The notes: generated by a model not told the origin, from the letters alone. 64,000 nucleotides of DNA from Chloroflexota bacterium (GCA_965261345.1 OZ253449.1:1763317-1827316), one strand, 5' to 3'; positions 18,643-28,334 are shown, counted from the first letter of the stretch. Translations and numbers: made by a program.

Positions 18643-20192
18643 GGGCCGGCGCAGCAATATTCCAATTGGCCGAGCGCGCCATCGCCGGCCCGGAGGCTCG
18701 CTGCCGCGTGGGGAACCAGGTCGGGTAGGTCGGCCGCGATAACTCCAAGCGGACCGATCCGGGCCAGGGCCAGCTGCCCGCTGCGGGCATGCAGGTAGGA
18801 GCCGAGCCGAGCCGCATCCCAGGTTGAACGGCCCTGGGCCAGCAGGCCGGCGATGATTCCGGTCAGCACGTCACCGGATCCGGCGGTGGCCAGCGCCGGG
18901 CAGATCAGTGGGATGATGCAGTAATGCCCATCCGGCCGGGCAATGATCGTGCCGGCGCCCTTGAGCACAACCACCGCACCCGACCGGGCGGCGGCGGTGC
19001 GGGCGGATCCCAGTCGGTCGGCATTGACCCGATCAACTGCGATCGCTAGCAACCGGGCCATCTCGCCGGGGTGTGGGGTCAGTACCATCGGGCAATCCGG
19101 GCTGGCGATCGGCGCCGCACCCGTCAGCGGGGCGACGAGGGTCAGCCCGTCGGCATCGAGCACCAGCGGCTGGCGGCGAACTCGGTTGCCCAGCAGCCCG
19201 GTTAGGAATCGGCGGGGGCCGCTTCCCAGCGACAGCCCAGGACCGACCGCCAGGGCACTGGCGCGCGCGAGCAAGCCGCCAATTTCAATGACGGCCTGCT
19301 CGCTGATGGAGCCGTCGGACCCGGGCAGCAGTGTGTAGGTGGGCCCGGCCATCCGGGCCGCGGTGGCGGCCACGACCGGCTCGATCGCGGCCAGTTCGAC
19401 GTACCCGGCGCCCGCCCGCTGCGCCCCGGCGCAGACCAGGCCGGCTGCTCCACGATATTGCCGCGATCCCGATATTGCCACCACCCGGCCGAAGGTCCCC
19501 TTATGACCGTCCGGCGGCCGTGCCGGCAAAAGCGCCAGGGCGTCCGCGTCGGTCAACGCCATGCCCTCGCCGACCGATCCGAGGCCGATGTCGGTGTCAA
19601 CTATTCGACCGGCGTTGGGGCGGGCCGGAAATTGAAGGACTCCCAGTTTGCACGGTCCGGCGGCAATTGTCAGATCGGCGGTGAAGGCCTCTGGGTCACT
19701 CTCGCCGGTCTGGGCGCAGACTCCCGACGGCTGGTCGATGGCGATGCGATAGGCGGTTGAACCGGCGACCGCGGCTAGGATTTTTTGCACCGGCCCGCGC
19801 AGCGGCGGGGCCGACCCGATCCCCAGCAGGCCGTCCAATATGAAGTCGCAACCGACGGCCAGGTCGCCGGCCCGAGCGGCATCTTCAGCGTAGGTAGCGC
19901 CCGGGATTTCGCCGGCCAACCGGATCGCCTGCGGGTTGGGGCGCGAACAGAGCAGGTCCACCCGACAGCCGCGCGCGGCCAGCCGGCGCGCCACAATCAG
20001 GCCGTCACCGCCGTTGGATCCCGGACCGATCAGGCAAAGGACGCGCCGCCCGGGCAGGTCCGGCCGATTCCGCATGATGGCGCCAAAGATTGCCGCACCG
20101 GCCCGCTCCATCAGCGCCGTCGCGGTCGTTCCGGTGGCCAGCGCCGACCCTTCAGCGGTGCGCATCTCGGCCACCGTGCAGACCGCGGTCAC
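18639..20192 (-). CDS. nnr: bifunctional NAD(P)H-hydrate repair enzyme (epimerase + ADP-dependent dehydratase)
   Basis: YjeF-N domain (GPGSNGGDGL) followed by a carbohydrate-kinase-like YjeF-C domain (GAGTIIA...GSGDVL). Confidence 0.85.
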   Translation of the reverse strand: MTAVCTVAEMRTAEGSALATGTTATALMERAGAAIFGAIMRNRPDLPGRRVLCLIGPGSNGGDGLIVARRLAARGCRVDLLCSRPNPQAIRLAGEIPGATYAEDAARAGDLAVGCDFILDGLLGIGSAPPLRGPVQKILAAVAGSTAYRIAIDQPSGVCAQTGESDPEAFTADLTIAAGPCKLGVLQFPARPNAGRIVDTDIGLGSVGEGMALTDADALALLPARPPDGHKGTFGRVVAISGSRQYRGAAGLVCAGAQRAGAGYVELAAIEPVVAATAARMAGPTYTLLPGSDGSISEQAVIEIGGLLARASALAVGPGLSLGSGPRRFLTGLLGNRVRRQPLVLDADGLTLVAPLTGAAPIASPDCPMVLTPHPGEMARLLAIAVDRVNADRLGSARTAAARSGAVVVLKGAGTIIARPDGHYCIIPLICPALATAGSGDVLTGIIAGLLAQGRSTWDAARLGSYLHARSGQLALARIGPLGVIAADLPDLVPHAAASLRAGDGALGQLEYCCAGP

Positions 20193-20575
20193 GGGCCGAC
20201 CCCGGAGGTGATGCCCACCACTTGGGCGATTGCCAACTTGTCGGTGTGGGTCATGCTGACCTCGAGGACCGTAATTCCGAGCACCTGGGCCCGCCGCTTG
20301 GCCGCGCCGTGCAGACGCACCAAGGGTTTGCCGCGATCGTCGCTGTATATTTCCATTTCCGGGAAATAGATTCCTCTTAGGCCTGTGCCGAGGGCCTTGG
20401 AGATCGCCTCCTTGGCGGCGAATCGGGCGGCCAGTTCGGGAACCCGGCCACGACAGTATTCGACTTCGGCAACGGTAAAGATCTTGCGCAGGAAGCGCCC
20501 CTGATGCCGTTCCAACAGTGCTCCGACGCGCTTGATTTCCACTGCATCAATCCCGGCCACCAAACTCAACGTCAC
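20189..20575 (-). CDS. acpS: holo-[acyl-carrier-protein] synthase
   Basis: GIDAVEIKR and FAAKEAISKALGTG motifs. 128 aa. Confidence 0.85.
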   Translation of the reverse strand: MTLSLVAGIDAVEIKRVGALLERHQGRFLRKIFTVAEVEYCRGRVPELAARFAAKEAISKALGTGLRGIYFPEMEIYSDDRGKPLVRLHGAAKRRAQVLGITVLEVSMTHTDKLAIAQVVGITSGVGP

Positions 20576-20845
20576 CTAGGCGACGATCGCAAAGCCTGAG
20601 TATTCGCGTGGGTGCAGGTCGACCGAGCCAACCTGCGCGACCAGGGCCAGGGTCGGGCCCTGCCGGGCCCGACGTTCGAGCCGGTCAAGGTCGCAATCGC
20701 GCCCACAGGCCGTGATTTCGACCGTCCCGTCGGGCAGGTTCCGTACGAATCCGCTCAGCCCCAGGGCGCGTGCACGAGTCTGGATAAACTGGCGATAACC
20801 GACCTGTTGGACCCGCCCCGAAACTACGAATTTTCGAGTTGTCAA
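20576..20845 (-). CDS. acyP: acylphosphatase
   Basis: FVVSGRVQQVGYRQF ... FVRNLPDGTVE acylphosphatase signatures. The ORF-track start at 21082 overlaps ruvB. The TTG at 20843-20845 gives the canonical 89-aa protein. Its stop abuts the acpS start. Confidence 0.75.
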   Translation of the reverse strand: MTTRKFVVSGRVQQVGYRQFIQTRARALGLSGFVRNLPDGTVEITACGRDCDLDRLERRARQGPTLALVAQVGSVDLHPREYSGFAIVA

Positions 20846-20855
20846 TGGTATCGAG

Positions 20856-21914
20856 CTATTCGCCCAGGCCCAGGGGCAACTGGCCCGATTCATTTCGCCG
20901 GCGGATGTTTGACGGTTCGATTCCCATGTGTTCGAACGCCCGCCGGGTGGCCATCCGACCGCGCGGAGTGCGGGCCAGGTATCCGATCTGCAACAGGTAG
21001 GGTTCGTGGTAATCCTCGATCGTGGCGGTGTCCTCTGATAGCGACGCCGCAATCGTGCCGACCCCGACCGGCCCGCCGTCATATTTGCCGATGATGGTGG
21101 AAAGTATCCGGCGGTCCATCTCGTCTAGTCCCTGATGATCGATATCGAGCATGGCCAGGGCCTGGTCGGTCAGATCGGCGGTTATCTTTCCGTCGCCAAC
21201 TACCTGGCAATAGTCGCGGACCCGCCGAAGCAAGCGATTGCAGACTCGCGCGGTGCCCCGCGACCGGGTGGCGATCATTCCGGCCGCCGCCGAATCGATG
21301 GACACTCTGAGCAGGCGGGCCGAGCGGACTATGATCGATTCGCATTCGGCTGCAGAGTAATAGTCGAGTCGATAGGTCTCGCCGAAGCGGTCGCGCAAGG
21401 GCGCTGACAGCAGCCCCATACGGGTCGTCGCGCCGACCAGGGTGAACGGTTCGATCGCAATCCGATAGGTGCGCTGGGCGGCGCCCGATCCTCGGCCAGT
21501 CACTAGATCCAACTGGCCGTCCTCCATCGCCGGATAGAGGATTTCCTCCACCATCTTGGACAGGCGGTGGATCTCGTCAATGAACAGGATGTCGCCGGTC
21601 CGCAGGCTGTTTAGCAGCGCCGCCAGGTCGCCGGGGCGTCCCAGAGCGGGGCCCGAGCTGACACGAATATTGGACTCGGTCTGGGTTGCGATGATGTAGG
21701 CCAGTGACGTTTTACCCAGCCCCGGTGGCCCCGCTAGGAGCACGTGGTCGGTGGTATCGCCGCGGCTGCGCGCGGCCCCTATGAGGATTTTTAGGCGCGT
21801 TTTGACCCGCGCCTGGCCGATGAATTCGTCGTCGTCTAGCGAACGCGGTCGCAGCGCCTGTTCGAACTGCTTGTCCGGGGCGTCCTGCTCGGGCGCAACT
21901 ACCGAATCGGGCAT
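20856..21914 (-). CDS. ruvB: Holliday junction branch migration helicase RuvB
   Basis: AAA+ Walker A GPPGLGKTSLA, sensor motifs and a winged-helix C-terminus. 352 aa. Confidence 0.95.
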   Translation of the reverse strand: MPDSVVAPEQDAPDKQFEQALRPRSLDDDEFIGQARVKTRLKILIGAARSRGDTTDHVLLAGPPGLGKTSLAYIIATQTESNIRVSSGPALGRPGDLAALLNSLRTGDILFIDEIHRLSKMVEEILYPAMEDGQLDLVTGRGSGAAQRTYRIAIEPFTLVGATTRMGLLSAPLRDRFGETYRLDYYSAAECESIIVRSARLLRVSIDSAAAGMIATRSRGTARVCNRLLRRVRDYCQVVGDGKITADLTDQALAMLDIDHQGLDEMDRRILSTIIGKYDGGPVGVGTIAASLSEDTATIEDYHEPYLLQIGYLARTPRGRMATRRAFEHMGIEPSNIRRRNESGQLPLGLGE

Positions 21915-22069
21915 GCCCCATCGATTGCAGCTAGCAGGCTAGATCCCCTTCATCGAACGCCGTCGCGATTCGCGGGCCTTTATCGACTTGCCCGGCATCA
22001 GCCGGTTGCGTCCCCTGGCCAATATCAATGCTATTTCAACCTAGGACGCCAACCAAGCGGTCGCCCAGG

Positions 22070-22660
22070 CTAGATTAGCGCCGCCAATGCGGCCCGTATT
22101 TGGTCCTCCACGCTCATCTCGGGCTCGACCCCGCGGGCGAGCGCGTCGGCGGCCGCGGCGCGCGAATATCCGAGACTTTCCAGCGCCGCCAGCGCCTCGT
22201 GCGAATCTGAATCCGGCACTCCGGCCGGCCGGATTCCGCCGAATTCGACCTCCGACAGCTTGCCCTTGAGGTCGACGACGATTCGCGAAGCGGCCCGCGC
22301 CCCAACTCCCGAGACCGTGCGCAAGGTCTTCTCGTCCTCGTTGTTTACGGCGGCCGCGATGCGCTGCGGCGAGAGCTCGGAAATTATCCGCTGGCCCAAC
22401 CGGGGCCCCACCCGGGGAACGGTCAGGAGGAACTCAAACACCTTGAGCTCGCCAACGTCGGCGAACCCGAAGAGCTCGGGGCCCGAACCGCCCATGATGA
22501 GATGGGTGGGGAATTCGAGTTCGTGCTTGGGTTCGGCTCTTTCCAGCAGGCGGCGGCTGGCGGCAATCCTCAGGGTGATTCCCAGACCTTTAACCGCCAC
22601 CTCCAGAAATGAGTTCTCGGAGTCGCGGGAGAAGACCGTGCCTTGTACCCGGCGGATCAT
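22070..22660 (-). CDS. ruvA: Holliday junction DNA helicase RuvA
   Basis: OB domain I plus HhH domain II (LLTVPRVGPRLGQRI). 196 aa. Confidence 0.9.
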   Translation of the reverse strand: MIRRVQGTVFSRDSENSFLEVAVKGLGITLRIAASRRLLERAEPKHELEFPTHLIMGGSGPELFGFADVGELKVFEFLLTVPRVGPRLGQRIISELSPQRIAAAVNNEDEKTLRTVSGVGARAASRIVVDLKGKLSEVEFGGIRPAGVPDSDSHEALAALESLGYSRAAAADALARGVEPEMSVEDQIRAALAALI

Positions 22661-23154
22661 CCGACGCGGCGGCTCAGTCCGCGTTCGATGTCGCGGTTGT
22701 GGATGTGACAGATTGCCGCCGCCACCGCGTCGGCGGCGTGACTTGGTTCGATCAGGTACTCAACCCGCAGGATCGCCTTTAGCAGTTGTTGGACATCGGA
22801 CTTGGAGGCGTTGCCGGACCCTGTCACCGCCGATTTGATTTCGGCCGGCGAGTACTCGGCCACCCGAAGCCCATGTTTCTTGGCGGCCAGAATAACCACC
22901 CCGCAGGCACAAAAGGTTGCCGACGCAGTTGTTACATTGCGGGCAAATGTCTGTCGTTCAAGCGCCAGGTCGGTTACCAGGTTGGCCCCCAGCAGCTCGT
23001 TTATGGCGGCGTCGATGGCCTCCAGGCGCGACCCCAGGTCGGCGCCGCGTGGCGGGCGCACCGCCCCGGCGGAAACGAGCCGCGGCTGACTGTCGCCACT
23101 GACCAAACCCCAGCCAAGATTGGCGGTTCCCGGGTCGATACCTAGCGTGAGCAT
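22657..23154 (-). CDS. ruvC: crossover junction endodeoxyribonuclease RuvC
   Basis: LGIDPGTANLGWGL RNase-H-like start. Its stop overlaps the ruvA start (ATGA). Probable start is M26 of the track ORF. Confidence 0.85.
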   Translation of the reverse strand: MLTLGIDPGTANLGWGLVSGDSQPRLVSAGAVRPPRGADLGSRLEAIDAAINELLGANLVTDLALERQTFARNVTTASATFCACGVVILAAKKHGLRVAEYSPAEIKSAVTGSGNASKSDVQQLLKAILRVEYLIEPSHAADAVAAAICHIHNRDIERGLSRRVG

Positions 23155-23155
23155 C

Positions 23156-23917
23156 TCAACCGGCTGCGAAATCTGCCACCAGTTCATCGGAGAGCTCAAG
23201 GTTTGACTCGACCTTGCCAACGTCCTCAAGGTCCTCTAGGGCGTCGATGAGGCGGAGAACGGCGCTGGCGGCCCGATCGTCGACGAGGATCGGATTGGTG
23301 GCCACGCGGACGATCTCAGCTTCTGTGATATCCAATCCGGAGGCGACCAATTCGGTGCGCACGCTGGCCAGATCGGCCGGTTGGGTCAGTACCAGGATGC
23401 TGCCATCATTCCGTTCAACATCCTCGGCCCCGGCTTCGACCGCATCGGCAAATACCTGATCGAAATCCAGCCCCTGATCGTCCAACAGGATCTGCCCGCG
23501 GTTCTCAAAAAGCCAGGCAACCGATGCTGTGTCGGCCATCCGTCCGCCGCCCGATTCCAACGCGTTGCGGATTTGCGCAACCGAACGGTTGCGGTTGTCG
23601 GTAATAACGTCGATTAGCAACGCTACCCCTCCTTGGGCATACCCAGCGTAGGTGATCTCCTCCATATTGGCGGCCTCGCCGCCGCCCGCTCCGCGAACGA
23701 TCGCCCGCTCGATGTTGGCGTTGGGCATGTTTATGGATTTGGCCCGCTGAACCACCATCGCCAACCGGTTATTGCCGTCTATTGACTCGCCGCCGGTGCG
23801 GGCCGCGATCATTATTTCGCGGGCCAATTTTGAAAACAGCTGGCCGCGTTTGGCGTCATTGGCGCCCTTTTTGCGCTTGATCGTCGACCATTTAGAGTGC
23901 CCAGACATAACTGCCAA
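23156..23917 (-). CDS. yebC: YebC/PmpR-family transcriptional regulator
   Basis: MSGHSKWSTIKRKKG N-terminus. 253 aa. Confidence 0.9.
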   Translation of the reverse strand: MAVMSGHSKWSTIKRKKGANDAKRGQLFSKLAREIMIAARTGGESIDGNNRLAMVVQRAKSINMPNANIERAIVRGAGGGEAANMEEITYAGYAQGGVALLIDVITDNRNRSVAQIRNALESGGGRMADTASVAWLFENRGQILLDDQGLDFDQVFADAVEAGAEDVERNDGSILVLTQPADLASVRTELVASGLDITEAEIVRVATNPILVDDRAASAVLRLIDALEDLEDVGKVESNLELSDELVADFAAG

Positions 23918-24015
23918 TTGCTCCCGAAGCTAAAAAGTCGACATCCCTAATGCAAGTTTATGGCGGCCGCCAGTTGGCACAATTGGTCGATCGAAAAACG
24001 CGGAGGTAATGCGAA

Positions 24016-24555
24016 TTGAATGAATCGACGTTGCCGCTGCTGATCATCCTGCCGTCGGGCGCGCTGCTGGTGTACACCTTCGCCACCTTGGCCAATCCGT
24101 TCGCCGCCCAGCGGCGCGGCGACCAGGTCTTCTACGTCCGATTGGGTTTCATGCAGCGGATACTGGTTCTGCGCTGGTACGTGCTGGCAATTTTGGCCAT
24201 CAACAGCGTCGCCGCCCTGCCCGGCCTGGAAGCCCTCAATTCCAACCAATACGGCATCTATTCGTTCGTCATTCTGCTCGGAACGATCCTGGTTCTGATG
24301 CTGCCGATGCGCTACGTATTTTTCAAGGAAGGGATGGCAATCGGCGCCGGCCGCCTGCGCCACTGGGCCGAATTTGAGTCCTACAAATACACCTCCGCCG
24401 GGGCCAAACTCAATCCCGCGGCGGGCAAACGCGGCCAGATGCTCTACCTGAGCGATGTGCAGCGCCGCGCGCTGCATCCAACCCTGGAGCGATTCCTGGG
24501 TGACGGAAGAGGAGCGATCGCTCCTCGCACCCGCCAGCGCCGAACCCCTAATTAA
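24016..24555 (+). CDS. hypothetical membrane protein
   Basis: 179 aa with three hydrophobic helices. TTG start preceded by GGAGG at good spacing. Convergent with, and 4 nt overlapping, the DUF4129-like gene. Confidence 0.5.
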   Translation: MNESTLPLLIILPSGALLVYTFATLANPFAAQRRGDQVFYVRLGFMQRILVLRWYVLAILAINSVAALPGLEALNSNQYGIYSFVILLGTILVLMLPMRYVFFKEGMAIGAGRLRHWAEFESYKYTSAGAKLNPAAGKRGQMLYLSDVQRRALHPTLERFLGDGRGAIAPRTRQRRTPN

Positions 24556-26162
24556 TGCGCCCGGCCGGCGCCCGATCCCTCGTCGATCTGCGAACAAATC
24601 GAGTGGGCTAGGCTGCGCATTCGTTCGACCGCCTGCGAGGTTACCTGGTCCGGATCGTAGCGGGCGCGCGTGAATTGATCGGCGGCGCTCTGGACCAGAG
24701 TGGTTTCGATTCCCAGTTGCGATACCAGGCGGGCGCCAAATTCGCGCGCGGTTTGATCTCCCAAACGGGTCAGATCGGCCCGTTCGGCGTGGGCGATTAC
24801 CTGGTTGAAGGCCTGCCACAGCAGGTCCAGGTTGCTCTGCGGACGCCGCTGGCGGGTTGAGGTTCTGGTCTGATTGCGGGCGGCCAGCGAGGCGGTTGCC
24901 GCACGGGCCGCGGCCCGGCCCAGCACAAATGGCGCCAATGCCAATCCGGCCAGCAGCCGCCACAGGAACGCCAGCAACCGTGAAAGCAATTGGCGGTAGC
25001 GCGAATCCTTGCCCGGCCGGCCACTGGCAAACGAGCGCCGGTAGAGCCAAAAGAGCGCGGCCATCAGCAACACCGCGGCGAATATGCCCTGAAGATAGAC
25101 CAGCGTGATCGAGTCGATGCTCTGGCCAAACATCTGCATTTCGCCGCCCGCACTCTCGGATACGAGGGCATCGTCGACCCCGCTAAAGAGGAGTCCGAAT
25201 AAGTAACTCCCCAGCGCCAGTGCCAGGAAGACCGGCAGCGTGACCAATTGCCAGATCAGCACCACGCCCTTGAGCAGGTAGCCACCGAAGTACTCCATAT
25301 TGGGAATTAGAAACACCGGCAGGAAGCTGGCCAGCAGCAGGCCCAGGCCGATGACCAGAGCGCTGGTGCGCAGCCAGACCGAAGCAATCGAATCCGAGAC
25401 TTGGGTACCGGCTTCAGACCAGGTGGACAGATTGCGGGTGTATGAGACGTAGCTGAGGGTAATGAACATGAGCAGGTAGTAGGAGAAAAGCGCCGGAAGC
25501 TGCAGAAACGCTGGCACCAGCTGGGTATCCTTTCCGCCGATCGCCGCTGGCAACAGGATCAGTCCGGCGGCGATGATCGCGAGCATGACCGCCGCCGCCA
25601 GTGCCGCGATCCGGATGTTATCGACCGCCTTGCCCCGATCAATCGTGAGCGCGCGCGCAGCCTGCCAGACATAGAACGCCGCGGTATCGCGGGGCGGCGG
25701 CTGCGAGTTTTCACGATAGCAGAGCGAATTAATTGAGGCGGCCATGCTGGCTGCGATCGCCCAGCTGGCCGAGAGCAACCCCAATAACAACAGCGACTCG
25801 ATTGAAAAGACCAGCCCCCCGAGGGCGCCCAGGATGGCCAGCGGATCGGTTCCGATGTCGAACCCGACGAAGGCGCCCGAAAGGATTCGGATCACGGCCA
25901 ACGTCGGCAGGGTGAAGGCCACCCAATCGCGCCAGGTAATCGGAGTCCTCACATCGCGATCGGCAATCGCGGTCATGTGCAGGCGCAGGCCGAATAGCGC
26001 GGTGGTGGCGATCGCCAGGGTCCAGGCAAAGACCGGCTGCCCGGTCAGCTGCCACGTTAAGAACGCGAAATTGAGCATGAAAATGGCCGCCAACCCGGTC
26101 AGCAGGCCTGTCAGTATGTAGCGTTCAAGATGCCGGTCGGAGCCGGCGACCCCAGTTTGCAT
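24552..26162 (-). CDS. polytopic membrane protein with C-terminal DUF4129-like domain (MoxR/DUF58 partner)
   Basis: 536 aa with more than 8 TM segments. C-terminal TAREFGARLV...FTRARYDP resembles DUF4129. Its position downstream of the DUF58 gene is typical. Confidence 0.6.
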   Translation of the reverse strand: MQTGVAGSDRHLERYILTGLLTGLAAIFMLNFAFLTWQLTGQPVFAWTLAIATTALFGLRLHMTAIADRDVRTPITWRDWVAFTLPTLAVIRILSGAFVGFDIGTDPLAILGALGGLVFSIESLLLLGLLSASWAIAASMAASINSLCYRENSQPPPRDTAAFYVWQAARALTIDRGKAVDNIRIAALAAAVMLAIIAAGLILLPAAIGGKDTQLVPAFLQLPALFSYYLLMFITLSYVSYTRNLSTWSEAGTQVSDSIASVWLRTSALVIGLGLLLASFLPVFLIPNMEYFGGYLLKGVVLIWQLVTLPVFLALALGSYLFGLLFSGVDDALVSESAGGEMQMFGQSIDSITLVYLQGIFAAVLLMAALFWLYRRSFASGRPGKDSRYRQLLSRLLAFLWRLLAGLALAPFVLGRAAARAATASLAARNQTRTSTRQRRPQSNLDLLWQAFNQVIAHAERADLTRLGDQTAREFGARLVSQLGIETTLVQSAADQFTRARYDPDQVTSQAVERMRSLAHSICSQIDEGSGAGRAH

Positions 26163-27360
26163 AGTCCTCCCGGTCGGTGGCCGCGTAGGCGGTCAATTGA
26201 ATCTGTTCGGCCCGGGCAACCGCGTCCCGGCAGTTCTCGGGGTCGGAATATATCACCACCACTTTGTGGCCCGATCGTTGCATTCTTTTCAGCATCGGCA
26301 GGTGGTCGGTGCGGCCGCCGGAGAAGAGCACGATGGTGGAGCCAAAGGTCAGTCTTGATATCTGCGCCCGCACCTGTTCGGCAAGGTCTCCGCGGGGCAG
26401 CATTGCCGATCGCGCCAGGACCTCGAGGACGAGCATGAGATGGCGTCGCCCCTGGCCGACCGGCGTCCCGGGATTGGCCAATTTGCGGCTGCGCATGGCG
26501 CGTTGGGCCTGCGGCCGCGAGAGCAGTTCGTTGCGATCTAGGCCGTTGACGATTAGGCCGACCGATTGGCGTTGCCCGATCAGGGCGTTGGCAAATGAAG
26601 CCGCGCCGGTGATTGAAAGCTCGCTGGCGTACTGCGCCCAGCTGGCCGAGTAGTCGTTCGGATTCAGGTCAACCACCAGCAACACCTCGTGGCGGACGGC
26701 CGGTTGCAGTTGGCGCACCAGCAGCTGCCCGCGCGCCGCTGAGGCCTTCCAGTTGATCAGCCGCGGACTGTCACTGGAGGTGTATTCGCGAACTCCGGCC
26801 ACCCGCGTCGGATCCTCATAGAGCCGGATTGGAGAGCGCTGGGTACCCAGCGGCGAGGACGATGGCAATGCCAGCTCGGAAATTGGGATGATCCGCGGAA
26901 ATACGTATTTGCGCTGTCCGGCCCTGACCTGACGCTGCTGGCGGTAGATGCCGAACACATCGCCGAAGGCAATGTCGAGTGGTCCCAGCAGATAGACGCC
27001 GCGCTGGCCGGCGGTGAGCTCGTAGGTGTAGGTTCGTTTGGATCGCGGCGGGAGGGCGATTGCGATGTTGAGCGGGTCGCGATGGCCCAGCTCGATCGGC
27101 AGCTGCTCCTGCAGATTCATCCAGGGAATCGGCACCCAGTTGCGGTTTTCGACCATCAGCTCGACGGTGGATTTTTCGCCCAGAAACGAGCGCTTTTGAA
27201 AAGTACGGGTCACCCCGATGCCGGCGCCGGCCAGTCGGATCCAGAGCAGATTGGCCGCGTACAACCCGATGAACAGATAGGCGAGCAGGAAGAACGCCGA
27301 GAGCCGCGAGGCCAGCGCCACCACCACCAAGGCGAGCGCCACCGTCGCGGCGGCGGCCAT
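26125..27360 (-). CDS. DUF58 (vWA-like) protein
   Basis: 411 aa with an N-terminal TM pair and the DUF58 core (VREYTSSDSPRLINWKASARGQLLVRQL...LLVVDLN). Confidence 0.8.
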   Translation of the reverse strand: MAAAATVALALVVVALASRLSAFFLLAYLFIGLYAANLLWIRLAGAGIGVTRTFQKRSFLGEKSTVELMVENRNWVPIPWMNLQEQLPIELGHRDPLNIAIALPPRSKRTYTYELTAGQRGVYLLGPLDIAFGDVFGIYRQQRQVRAGQRKYVFPRIIPISELALPSSSPLGTQRSPIRLYEDPTRVAGVREYTSSDSPRLINWKASAARGQLLVRQLQPAVRHEVLLVVDLNPNDYSASWAQYASELSITGAASFANALIGQRQSVGLIVNGLDRNELLSRPQAQRAMRSRKLANPGTPVGQGRRHLMLVLEVLARSAMLPRGDLAEQVRAQISRLTFGSTIVLFSGGRTDHLPMLKRMQRSGHKVVVIYSDPENCRDAVARAEQIQLTAYAATDREDYANWGRRLRPAS

Positions 27361-28319
27361 TATTCGGCGGCCATTGGCGCCAGATCCACCGGTGCTGAGC
27401 CAAGCACCTGTTCGACCACATGACTGGCGGTCGTTCCGCGCACTATCGAATCGGGTTGCAGCAGAAGGCGGTGGGTGAGGATGTAGGGCGCGACCGCCTT
27501 CACATCGTCGGGGGCTACGAAGGATTCGCCGGCCAGAGCGGCTTGCGCCTGGCTGGCCTGGAATAGTGCCAGCGCCGCTCGAGTGCTGGCGCCGATCGCG
27601 ACGGCGGGATGGTTGCGCAGCCGGGTTACCAGTTCGACGATGTAGACGGCCACCGATTGCTCGACATGGACCTCTCCGACCTGTCCCTGAAGAGCTAGTA
27701 GCTGATCGATTTCGGCCACTGGCGCCAGCGATTCGATCGGATGGCCTTGGCGTTGCCCGTAGAGGATTTCCACCTCTTCGGACTGGCTTGGATAGCCCAG
27801 GGCGGTGCGCATGAAGAATCGGTCGAGCTGCGCCTCGGGCAGCGGAAACGTGCCCTCGTATTCAACCGGATTCTGGGTCGCCAGCACCATGAACGGGTCG
27901 GGCAGGCGGCGGGTCTCCCCTTCGATCGAGATCTGGCCCTCGCCCATGCACTCGAGCATTGCCGCCTGGGTTCGGGGGGTGGCGCGGTTGACCTCGTCGG
28001 CCAACAGGATGTTGGTGAACACCGGTCCCGGACGGTAGTCGAAGCGCAGGCTGGCCGAATCAAAAACCGCCACGCCGGTTATGTCGTTGGGCAAAAGGTC
28101 GGGGGTAAATTGAATCCTTCTGAAGTCGCCGCCAAGGGATATCGCCAGCGCCCTGGCGAACATCGTCTTGCCGGTTCCGGGTACGTCCTCTAGCAGTACG
28201 TGCCCGCGGCAGAGGAGCGCGATAAGTACTCTTTCAATCTCAGCCCTCTTGCCGATGATTACCTTGGCAACGTTGTCGCTAACAAGCTGCGTGAATTGCT
28301 GAAAATCTTGCGGATTCAA
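27360..28319 (-). CDS. MoxR-family AAA+ ATPase
   Basis: GVPGTGKT Walker [21 protein letters not shown] and MVLATQNP motifs. 319 aa. Confidence 0.9.
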   Translation of the reverse strand: MNPQDFQQFTQLVSDNVAKVIIGKRAEIERVLIALLCRGHVLLEDVPGTGKTMFARALAISLGGDFRRIQFTPDLLPNDITGVAVFDSASLRFDYRPGPVFTNILLADEVNRATPRTQAAMLECMGEGQISIEGETRRLPDPFMVLATQNPVEYEGTFPLPEAQLDRFFMRTALGYPSQSEEVEILYGQRQGHPIESLAPVAEIDQLLALQGQVGEVHVEQSVAVYIVELVTRLRNHPAVAIGASTRAALALFQASQAQAALAGESFVAPDDVKAVAPYILTHRLLLQPDSIVRGTTASHVVEQVLGSAPVDLAPMAAE

Positions 28320-28334
28320 AAGTGACTCATTCGG

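Noticed and set aside
23947-25050. 367-aa minus-strand ORF overlapping the 24016 membrane-protein gene and the 3' end of the DUF4129-like gene
   Set aside because: Pro/Gly/Arg-rich with no structure-like segments. It is inconsistent with the well-formed convergent gene pair.
27741-28193. 150-aa + strand ORF antisense to moxR
   Set aside because: Antisense shadow inside a gene carrying complete Walker A/B and sensor motifs.
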